64,000 nucleotides of DNA, from NCBI GenBank assembly GCA_902581045.1, contig CACHMU010000004.1, forward strand, positions 860-64,859, given 5' to 3'. The notes beneath the pieces were generated by a model that had not been told where the DNA came from, searched no databases, and was given only the letters and a program-made list of their open reading frames with translations. Position numbers and translations under genes: made by a program. Positions 56,599 to 64,000 of the stretch are shown here, piece by piece. Source of the stretch: an uncultured Fidelibacterota bacterium (GTDB lineage: Bacteria > Fidelibacterota > Marinisomatia > Marinisomatales > TCS55). The stretch's first letter is position 1. Each line of letters opens with the position of its first letter.

Positions 56599-57936
56599 TT
56601 AGATATTATTTCTAATTTTATTAATAAGATCGTTTGCCTTAGCCTTTGAAGATGCTTCCGCATAAATACGCATTATTGGCTCAGTATTTGAAGGTCTTAG
56701 ATGAACCCAGCAATCATCCCAAATCAATTTTACACCATCTAATTCATCAATTGTAGCATCATTAAATACTGATTTTACTTTATCTAAAACCATCTTAGGG
56801 TCAATTTTATCTACAGCAATCTTATCTTTAATAATATGAAATTGCGGTAATGAAGAATGAATTTCACTAATAGACTTATTATCCTGACTCATGCGATTTA
56901 AAATCATTGCTACACCTACAAGGGAATCTCTTCCTAAATGAGCTTCTTTTAATATTACCCCCCCATTTCCTTCACCACCAAGCTTAGATCCAACCTCCAA
57001 CATTTTTTGAACTACATTTATTTCGCCAACAGCGCTACGAATTACTGAGCATCCATGACCTATAGCCATTTTTTCCAGTGCTAATGACGAAGATAGATTA
57101 GTCACAAAAGTTTCTTTAGTCTGCTTACTTTTAATATATCCTTCCGCAGCTAATACCAATGTATATTCTTCTCCTAAAGGAATTCCCTTTTCATTTACCA
57201 CAGCTAATCGATCTGCATCTGGATCAACAGCAAAACCAACGTCGGCATCATTTTCTAAAACTGTTTTTGACAATAAATTTAAATTGGCTGGCAAAGGTTC
57301 AGTCCCTCTATCAAATTGGCCATTACCCTCACAGAAGACTTTTACTACATTACAGCCTAATTGGTCCAATAAAAGTGGAAGTGCATTTGATCCTGCTCCA
57401 TTTACAGCATCAATTACTACTGTAAAATTAGAATTCCGTATTGATTTTGAGTCAATACAAGATAATTCAATTATATTTATAGAGTGTTTTAAAATAGAGT
57501 TCTGATCTGGGAAAACCATTCCACGGTTTTGAGCATCTTCTAAAAATGAATCATTATCAACCAAGCTAAACAATGATTCACAATCATCAGAGTGAAAGAA
57601 TGTTCCATCAGAACGAACAAATTTTAAGCCATTCCATTCTTCTGGGTTATGGCTTGCAGTAATTATGACACCTCCTGCTGCTTCTGATCGTTCAACCATA
57701 AATTGAACCGTTGGAGTAGGAACAACGCCGCAAACTATAACATCACGACCTAATCGTACTAATTCTTCGCTAAAAGCCTCCAATAGTTTTTCTCCAGATG
57801 GACGACTATCACGACCTATAAACACCAAACCATTTTCAGTTTGTTTATGAAATGCCCGAGCATAAATACTGATTTTTTCAGTATTTAGATGAGTAGATGT
57901 AAGTCCTCTAACTCCAGATATACTTCGAATTATCAT
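56599..57936 (-). CDS. glmM: Phosphoglucosamine mutase / phosphohexomutase family (FCB-type GlmM)
   Basis: Active-site loop TASHNPEEWNGLKF and Mg-binding DPDADR. The N-terminus SISGVRG resembles Bacteroidota-type GlmM. Confidence 0.7.
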   Translation of the reverse strand: MIIRSISGVRGLTSTHLNTEKISIYARAFHKQTENGLVFIGRDSRPSGEKLLEAFSEELVRLGRDVIVCGVVPTPTVQFMVERSEAAGGVIITASHNPEEWNGLKFVRSDGTFFHSDDCESLFSLVDNDSFLEDAQNRGMVFPDQNSILKHSINIIELSCIDSKSIRNSNFTVVIDAVNGAGSNALPLLLDQLGCNVVKVFCEGNGQFDRGTEPLPANLNLLSKTVLENDADVGFAVDPDADRLAVVNEKGIPLGEEYTLVLAAEGYIKSKQTKETFVTNLSSSLALEKMAIGHGCSVIRSAVGEINVVQKMLEVGSKLGGEGNGGVILKEAHLGRDSLVGVAMILNRMSQDNKSISEIHSSLPQFHIIKDKIAVDKIDPKMVLDKVKSVFNDATIDELDGVKLIWDDCWVHLRPSNTEPIMRIYAEASSKAKANDLINKIRNNI

Positions 57937-57955
57937 TTTGCTCCTTTATCACAAT

Positions 57956-57987
57956 AAAAAAGGTCCGGTAAAATACCGAACCTTTTT
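57956..57987 (-). terminator. Rho-independent terminator downstream of rpsU
   Basis: The minus-strand RNA reads AAAAAGGUUCGGUA-UUU-UACCGGACCUUUUU followed by UAUU. That gives a 14-bp stem with one G-U pair, symmetric A/U flanks, and possibly bidirectional function. Confidence 0.65.
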
Positions 57988-58013
57988 AATATTATTGATT
58001 AATTAAAATTAAA

Positions 58014-58208
58014 TTAATTATTGTATCTTGCGAAGCGAAGTCTTCTTCTTACTGCTTTTTTTCTTGCGGCTCGTTGTTCATCACTAGGCTTTATATAAAA
58101 GGACTTTCGTTTTACTTCACGTAAAACACCAGCGCGCTCCCATTTCTTTTTAAAGCGTCTTAATGCTCTTTCTAATTGTTCACCATTTTTAACTGTTACT
58201 TCAACCAA
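58014..58208 (-). CDS. rpsU: 30S ribosomal protein S21
   Basis: 64-aa basic protein (...LERALRRFKKKWERAGVLREVKRKSFYIKPSDEQRAARKKA...). It has an apparent TTG start 10 nt after AGGAGG (58219-58224, minus strand). Confidence 0.9.
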   Translation of the reverse strand: MVEVTVKNGEQLERALRRFKKKWERAGVLREVKRKSFYIKPSDEQRAARKKAVRRRLRFARYNN

Positions 58209-58230
58209 AATCTGTTTACCTCCTAATTTA

Positions 58231-59085
58231 TCAACCTAAATATGTTCTTAATGTCTTGCTTCGTGAACGATGACGAAGACGACGAATAGCTTTTTCTTTA
58301 ATTTGTCTAACACGTTCTCGTGTCAAATTAAATTCTTCACCAATTTCATTTAATGTAAGTGCATAATCACGATCAATGCCAAAATACATTTTAATTACTT
58401 GTTGCTCGCGATCTTTTAAAGTATCAAGAGATTGACGAATTTCATCTTTTAAAGATTCTGCCATTAATGGCTCATCTGGATCTATTTGACCAGTATCTTC
58501 AATAACATCAATTAATGAATTTTTATCTCCATCGCGAAATGGAGCATTTAAGGAATGGTGACGACGAGAAATTTTCATTGCATCAATAACTTCATCTCTT
58601 GTCATTTCAAGATTACGACCGATTTCTTCTTCATTTGGAGACCGCTCAACTTCAGCTTCAAGTTTTTCAGCTGTTTTAGTAATCTTAGAAATTGTTCCAA
58701 CTCTATTAAGAGGAAGTCGCACAATTCTTGAATGTTCTGCTAGTGCTTGTAAAATAGATTGTCTAATCCACCAAACAGCATATGAAATAAACTTAAATCC
58801 ACGCGTTTCATCAAATCTTCCGGCAGCTTTCATTAAACCCATATTTCCTTCATTGATTAAATCCGTAAGAGGTAAGCCTTGACCTTGGTAGTCCTTTGCT
58901 ACAGAAACAACGAACCTTAAATTAGCTTCAACCAGTTCTTTCATTGCTAAGCGATCACCTTTTTTAATTGCTTGAGCTAATTCTACTTCACGTGAAGGAT
59001 GTAAAGGTTCAAATTTTCCAATCTCCTCCAAGTATTGGCTAAGACTTCTATTTGATTCATTTATTGTTCTTGCTGCTTTTGCCAT
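58231..59085 (-). CDS. rpoD: Primary-type sigma-70 factor (short FCB-type RpoD, 284 aa)
   Basis: Regions 1.2-4.2 are highly similar to the Bacteroidota primary sigma ([58 protein letters not shown]..., [18 protein letters not shown]). Confidence 0.85.
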   Translation of the reverse strand: MAKAARTINESNRSLSQYLEEIGKFEPLHPSREVELAQAIKKGDRLAMKELVEANLRFVVSVAKDYQGQGLPLTDLINEGNMGLMKAAGRFDETRGFKFISYAVWWIRQSILQALAEHSRIVRLPLNRVGTISKITKTAEKLEAEVERSPNEEEIGRNLEMTRDEVIDAMKISRRHHSLNAPFRDGDKNSLIDVIEDTGQIDPDEPLMAESLKDEIRQSLDTLKDREQQVIKMYFGIDRDYALTLNEIGEEFNLTRERVRQIKEKAIRRLRHRSRSKTLRTYLG

Positions 59086-59170
59086 AATATTAAATCTCTA
59101 TTATTTAGTGATAATAAAGCCGAGTAATTTACATTAATATCTACTTTTTACCCAATAGGTAGATATTTTT

Positions 59171-59944
59171 CTATTCTATGCATAATAATTTTGCAAATTC
59201 ATTAATGGAAAGTGTTTCAGGTCGACGAGAAAAATCGATTTCGTCTTTTATCTTATCATTGATTTCAAACCCACTTAATGAGTTTCTTAACATTTTTCTT
59301 CTCATTAAAAAAGCAGATTTTACTATTTTATTGAATTTATTATATTGATCATCTGGTATGATAGGAACATCTTTTTTTGTAAATCTTACAATTGCCGAAT
59401 CTACTTTTGGTTTTGGATAAAAAACATCCGGTGGTATTTTAAAACATAAATTCACATCAAGATAAACCCCAACTACTACCGTTAGTCTACCATACTGCTT
59501 TGTCCCAACTTGAGCTATAAGCCTTTCAGCAACTTCCTTTTGAAGCATTATGTGAGCGTCCTCCCAAAAATCCAATTGTTCTATCAACCAAAAAATAATT
59601 GATGAGGTAATATTATATGGAATATTTCCAACAATACGGACAGGGTTTTCTATGGGAAGTTCTTCTATGTCTTGCCTTAGAATATCCCCATGAATGATTT
59701 TTAGACCCTTTAAGTCTGATCTGATTGACAGATGTTTTATTAGAAGAGGATCAATTTCAATAGCCACCATTTCCTTCACGTTGGAAAAAATTTTTTTTGT
59801 TAATAGACCATCGCCAGGGCCAATTTCTAAGATAGAATTATTTTTTTTTAGATTTAATGTTCTAGCGATACGATCCAATAAATTCGGATCAGCTATGAAA
59901 TTTTGGCCCCATTTTTTTCGAAACGGATGAAGTCTGTTTTTCAT
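59171..59944 (-). CDS. rsmA: 16S rRNA (adenine1518/1519-N6)-dimethyltransferase
   Basis: The KKWGQNFI start and the SAM motif ILEIGPGDGLLT match the KsgA/RsmA family. Confidence 0.9.
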   Translation of the reverse strand: MKNRLHPFRKKWGQNFIADPNLLDRIARTLNLKKNNSILEIGPGDGLLTKKIFSNVKEMVAIEIDPLLIKHLSIRSDLKGLKIIHGDILRQDIEELPIENPVRIVGNIPYNITSSIIFWLIEQLDFWEDAHIMLQKEVAERLIAQVGTKQYGRLTVVVGVYLDVNLCFKIPPDVFYPKPKVDSAIVRFTKKDVPIIPDDQYNKFNKIVKSAFLMRRKMLRNSLSGFEINDKIKDEIDFSRRPETLSINEFAKLLCIE

Positions 59945-59974
59945 ATATAATATTTATTATAAAGATTAAAAACT

Positions 59975-60733
59975 TTATGGTAAACTAAAAATCTCCGTCG
60001 CATTATCATTAGTTTGTTTTGCAATTAACTCAAAAGGCACTTTATATATTTCTGAAAGCTTTTCTACAACAAATCTTGTTCTCCCTGGCTCATTGGCCTT
60101 TCCTCTATGTGGTTCTGGGCTTAAATATGGAGAATCTGTTTCAACTAATACCCTATTTAGTGGAATTGATTTTGCTACTTCAGGAAGATGGCTATTTTTA
60201 AATGTAAGATTTCCTGAAAAAGATATATAATATCCAATCTCTAAGAATGCATTTGCCATTTCTAAATCACTAGAAAAACAATGTGCTATTCCATGAACAT
60301 CTGGATAATCGTTTAATATTTCAATTAAATCTTTATCAGAATCACGATTATGAATTATCACAGGATAATTTAAATCCTGTGCGATTTCCATCTGTTCTCT
60401 GAAAATTTTTTTCTGAGTTTCTGGTGCTGAAATATTTCGAAAATAATCTAATCCAATCTCACCAATTGCTATCATGCTATCATATTGAATAATTTCATAA
60501 ATATCATCAATATACGATTCCGATACGTCTTTCGAGTCATGTGGATGAACACCAGCCGAAGCAAAAATATTATCATTATCTTCACTAATTGATAAACATT
60601 TTTTGGAATCTTCTATGTTTGTTCCTACACAGATAAAACGTGTAACATCTAAATTATTTGCTCTTTGAATAACCTGACTAAGATTATTATATAATTCGTC
60701 GTAGTAAAGATGACAATGAGTGTCTGTAAGCAT
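59975..60733 (-). CDS. TatD-family metal-dependent hydrolase/DNase
   Basis: N-terminal LTDTHCHL, GEIGLDY, and His/Asp ligands in TatD order. Confidence 0.85.
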   Translation of the reverse strand: MLTDTHCHLYYDELYNNLSQVIQRANNLDVTRFICVGTNIEDSKKCLSISEDNDNIFASAGVHPHDSKDVSESYIDDIYEIIQYDSMIAIGEIGLDYFRNISAPETQKKIFREQMEIAQDLNYPVIIHNRDSDKDLIEILNDYPDVHGIAHCFSSDLEMANAFLEIGYYISFSGNLTFKNSHLPEVAKSIPLNRVLVETDSPYLSPEPHRGKANEPGRTRFVVEKLSEIYKVPFELIAKQTNDNATEIFSLP

Positions 60734-60737
60734 AAAA

Positions 60738-62825
60738 TTAATTATTTATTATTGGTAAGTAAGAATATGCTTCATCATAATAAAGCATTTGAGCAACAAA
60801 ATTTGCTGGATAACTTATTTTTATATCAGATATATTACCATTTTCATCTTTAACTAATTCATATTTAGGGTTCATAAAACCTGCGTATGGAGCGATGTTC
60901 AGTGCTTCACTTCTGTCTAACACCTCTTGGTGAAGTGATTTATCAACCTTAACGCCATAGCCTTCCACCAAATCTTTTGCTGCCTGATAATCGCCTTGTG
61001 ACTTTATCCTTTGAACTTCTTTAAGTAATAAACCAAATAATTCTCTCAGCTCTTTGTAGTCATTAATGATGAAATAAGTTTTATCATCAACTATTTTTTT
61101 CTCAATAACATTTTTTGATAGACCTTTTTCAAATACCCAATGACTTACAAAAGCTCTATTACGCATATGTGCTTGTTCAATATTTTCTCCAGGCTGAAGC
61201 CTTCTGAGTTGCAACATGAGACCATTTCTAATATATCCATCATATTCTGCTTTACCTACTTCATTGGATTCAATAAGTCCAATATCTACTAATTTAGGAT
61301 CCATGATATAATATAAACCAAAAAGATCAGCTCGAGCTTCCTCCATCGTCGACGCATAACTTTTAAGAGTTTCTTTAGGCGTCCCAACTCCTTTTTCAAT
61401 CTTACCCGAGGCATGCCCTAAAACTTCATGCATCGCTGTATGCATTTTTCCTGCAAAAGAACCATATGTTTTTGATCTTATTCTCTCTTCATTAGTTAAA
61501 ACAAATTCATTAAGGAAGCCTCCACTCCGCGCATTATCATAAGCTGCAGTGATATTACCAAGGCTAACAGATTTAGAACCATAATTGGATCGTATCCAAT
61601 TTGAATTGGGTAAATTTATTCCAATAGGAGAGCTTGGCGAAACATCACCACCAAGCATTGCAACATTAACTACATTATAAGTAATCCCTTGAACTTTTTT
61701 TCTCTTATGTTTTTCCATAATAGGAGCATTATCTTCAAACCACTGAGCATTCTCAGATAATGTTTTCATGCGTGCTGTTGCTTCAAAATCTTTAATCTCA
61801 ACTAAAGCTTCATATGACGCTTTGATTCCTTTGGAATCTCCATATACTTCAATAAAACCATTTATATAATCAATATCAATTTGAGAATTGGTTACCCAAG
61901 CAATATTATATTTATCCCAAGTTCTAAGATCTCCGGTCTCATAATAATCAATTAAAATATCTATTTCTTTGGCTTGCTTTTGATTTTCTGCTACATCTTT
62001 TGCCTTATTTAACCAATAAATAATCTTTTTAATAGCTTCACCATATAGTCCATCACTTTTCCATGGTTTTTCATAAATTTTACCATCTTTTTTTACTAAC
62101 CGTGAATTAAGTCCATACCATATTGGTGTTAAATCTTTTGGGTCTTTCATGCTTGAATAAAACTCGTCAACTTCATTTTTTGTTAATCCATCATAATAAT
62201 TATTTGCAGATGAAGAAATAATGTCATCATTTGGATCAAGGTTTACACGCTTTGGGTCTATCTTTGGATCAAAAATAATTGGTATTATTCTTTGAGAAAA
62301 TTCATCTAAACTTTCTCCAGCATTCAAAGGGAAGGTCCCATTGGAATTATAAATTAGTTCTTTAAAATATGACCTTTCAAATTCAGGAATAATTTTTATT
62401 GTAGAATAATGATGATGAATTCCATTAGAGAACCATACACGTTTAGCATAATTCATAAATTGTTTCCACTGAACTGGATCATAGCTTTCTTCATTTTTAT
62501 TATTAGCTCTATTATAGTTTTTTACAATATTATAAATCGTTTTTCTAATAAGAAGATTATATTTATAATTTTGGTCATAAATGATGTCTCTACCTGATAG
62601 AGCTGCTTCCGATAAATAATAAACAAATTTTTTCTGTCTTAAAGAGAGATCTTCAAATCCAGGTACTTGATATCGAAGAATTTCTAGATCGGCAAAGCGA
62701 TCGACTTGGACCTTAAAGTTTTTTCTTTCTTTTTCAGGCATTGAGCAATCCAGATTAAAAAATAAAACCAATATTGAAATAAAAATGGTTTTTATAAATT
62801 TGCCATTCATAATTAATAACCTCAT
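60738..62825 (-). CDS. M49-family peptidase (dipeptidyl-peptidase III-like), secreted/lipoprotein
   Basis: M49 hexapeptide HEVLGH plus the second motif EEARADL at the expected spacing. N-terminal signal with Cys (VLFFNLDC). Confidence 0.75.
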   Translation of the reverse strand: MRLLIMNGKFIKTIFISILVLFFNLDCSMPEKERKNFKVQVDRFADLEILRYQVPGFEDLSLRQKKFVYYLSEAALSGRDIIYDQNYKYNLLIRKTIYNIVKNYNRANNKNEESYDPVQWKQFMNYAKRVWFSNGIHHHYSTIKIIPEFERSYFKELIYNSNGTFPLNAGESLDEFSQRIIPIIFDPKIDPKRVNLDPNDDIISSSANNYYDGLTKNEVDEFYSSMKDPKDLTPIWYGLNSRLVKKDGKIYEKPWKSDGLYGEAIKKIIYWLNKAKDVAENQKQAKEIDILIDYYETGDLRTWDKYNIAWVTNSQIDIDYINGFIEVYGDSKGIKASYEALVEIKDFEATARMKTLSENAQWFEDNAPIMEKHKRKKVQGITYNVVNVAMLGGDVSPSSPIGINLPNSNWIRSNYGSKSVSLGNITAAYDNARSGGFLNEFVLTNEERIRSKTYGSFAGKMHTAMHEVLGHASGKIEKGVGTPKETLKSYASTMEEARADLFGLYYIMDPKLVDIGLIESNEVGKAEYDGYIRNGLMLQLRRLQPGENIEQAHMRNRAFVSHWVFEKGLSKNVIEKKIVDDKTYFIINDYKELRELFGLLLKEVQRIKSQGDYQAAKDLVEGYGVKVDKSLHQEVLDRSEALNIAPYAGFMNPKYELVKDENGNISDIKISYPANFVAQMLYYDEAYSYLPIINN

Positions 62826-62894
62826 TAATAAGAGGAAAAGATAAACCCTTACTCATATATAAAATTAAATAATTATTATCATAAATAAATCAAA

Positions 62895-63341
62895 ATGGAA
62901 TATCCAATAATAAAAATATTTCTAGCTATTTGGGTTGCAATGTTAGCATTATCATTTGTTGAGGGCTATGTTGAAGGAAGAAACCCATGGCATCACCGTA
63001 AACTAGGTTGGAAAATTAAATTACCTGGCGGTTATTATTATCCTGCTTATCATTTTTTCTTATTTGTTATTATGCTACCATCACTACTTTCACTTCCAAT
63101 TATTATCATTGGATGGGATTCAGAACTGTTCGGTATAATTTTAAGTGCATACGCCACTGGTTTAGTTATTGAAGATTTTTTTTACTTTATTGTTAATCCT
63201 GCAGTTCGTTTTAAAGAATTTTTTACTGATTTTACTGATTATTATCCATGGCTGAAAATAGGTGATAGAAAAATTCTGCCTTTAGGATATCCAATTGGAA
63301 TTATAGTATCCATCCTATCTTGGTATTATTTGTGGAGTTAA
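62895..63341 (+). CDS. Hypothetical integral membrane protein (148 aa, ~4 TM)
   Basis: Hydrophobic helices throughout. No family recognised. Confidence 0.45.
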   Translation: MEYPIIKIFLAIWVAMLALSFVEGYVEGRNPWHHRKLGWKIKLPGGYYYPAYHFFLFVIMLPSLLSLPIIIIGWDSELFGIILSAYATGLVIEDFFYFIVNPAVRFKEFFTDFTDYYPWLKIGDRKILPLGYPIGIIVSILSWYYLWS

Positions 63342-63973
63342 AAAAAAATATTTTATTAGAAGCCTGTGTTGAAACATTAGATCAAGCTCTATTAGCACAA
63401 AAGAGAGGCGCCAATCGTGTTGAAATTTGTAGCCATTTAGACTTAGATGGTTTAACTCCAAGTGATAATCTCGTAAAAAACTGCATTAAAAATTTATCTA
63501 TACCAATAAAAGTTATGGTAAGACCTAGAAAAGGTAATTTTGTTTATTCCAAAAATGAGCTTTTAAATATTCAACAAAAAATCATGTATTACAAATCACT
63601 AGGGATTGTAGAAGTAGTTTTTGGCGTCTTAACTAAAGAAAATGAAGTTGATATTGACGAAGTACATAAACTCGCTGAAACTGCATATCCCATGAAAGTT
63701 ACTTTTCATAAGGCAATTGATAAGACAAAAAATTTATTCTCTGCGCTAGAAAAAATTAAAACAATCCCAGAAGTAAATAGTATACTTACTTCTGGTGGGA
63801 AAAGTAATGCAAAAGATGGTCATAAAATAATTCAAAGAATGATTGATTTAGCTGAAGATAAAATTAAAATTATTGCTGCCGGAGGTATTACTGATCAGAA
63901 TTTTGAGGAATTACATAATATGATTGGAGCAAAAGAATATCACGGGAAAAGGATCGTTGGTCATCTAACTTAA
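63332..63973 (+). CDS. cutC: Copper homeostasis protein CutC family
   Basis: LLEACVETLDQALLAQKRGANRVEICSHLDLDGLTPS is colinear with the E. coli CutC N-terminus. There is no in-frame ATG near the start, so GTG 63332 or TTG 63320 are the candidates. Confidence 0.8.
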   Translation: MELKKNILLEACVETLDQALLAQKRGANRVEICSHLDLDGLTPSDNLVKNCIKNLSIPIKVMVRPRKGNFVYSKNELLNIQQKIMYYKSLGIVEVVFGVLTKENEVDIDEVHKLAETAYPMKVTFHKAIDKTKNLFSALEKIKTIPEVNSILTSGGKSNAKDGHKIIQRMIDLAEDKIKIIAAGGITDQNFEELHNMIGAKEYHGKRIVGHLT

Positions 63974-64000
63974 TATATTGGTTTCCCACTTGAAACTTTA

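Overview
Low-G+C, very gene-dense bacterial chromosomal segment. It holds about 58 protein genes, many overlapping by 1-14 nt or abutting stop-to-stop, and the largest non-coding gap is about 210 bp. I found no rRNA, tRNA, CRISPR array, transposase, integrase or phage genes. Everything here was read by eye from the sequence and ORF track, with no searches run.

Most of the content is housekeeping, with a strong diderm-envelope theme:
- Kdo/LPS genes: kdsD, kdsB-pyrG-kdsA-kdsC-lptC-lptB-rpoN, and lpxH.
- Proteolysis and quality control: hslVU, hflKC.
- Queuosine genes: queG, tgt.
- DNA repair: radA, recG, umuDC.
- Translation and transcription: valS, rpsU, rpoD, rsmA, rlmD, a CCA-adding enzyme.
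- A six-gene Yip1-TolC-MacA-MacB-type efflux operon.
- A SusC/SusD-like outer-membrane importer pair.

The family mix (short ~284-aa primary sigma factor, SusCD, DUF4835, DUF2723, DUF4139, split MacB-type ABC) suggests an FCB-superphylum organism. Strong AGGAGG ribosome-binding sites argue against classical Bacteroidia. A streamlined lineage is my inference only.

I do not see a defence island or an unambiguous new system. The best candidates for follow-up are:
1. The SusCD pair, a sharply bounded G+C-rich and Ala/Gly-rich compositional island.
2. Two tandem, translationally coupled paralogous membrane-anchored proteins of unknown family just downstream of it.
3. A 2TM-pore/RCK potassium channel split by a frameshift in an A7 run and translationally coupled to a stand-alone cyclic-nucleotide-binding protein.
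4. A 1056-aa HExxH-peptidase/PD40-propeller/Omp85-barrel fusion protein.
5. A DUF4835-umuD-umuC operon.
6. A GT2 / DUF2723 (GT-C-like) / DUF1844 envelope cluster.
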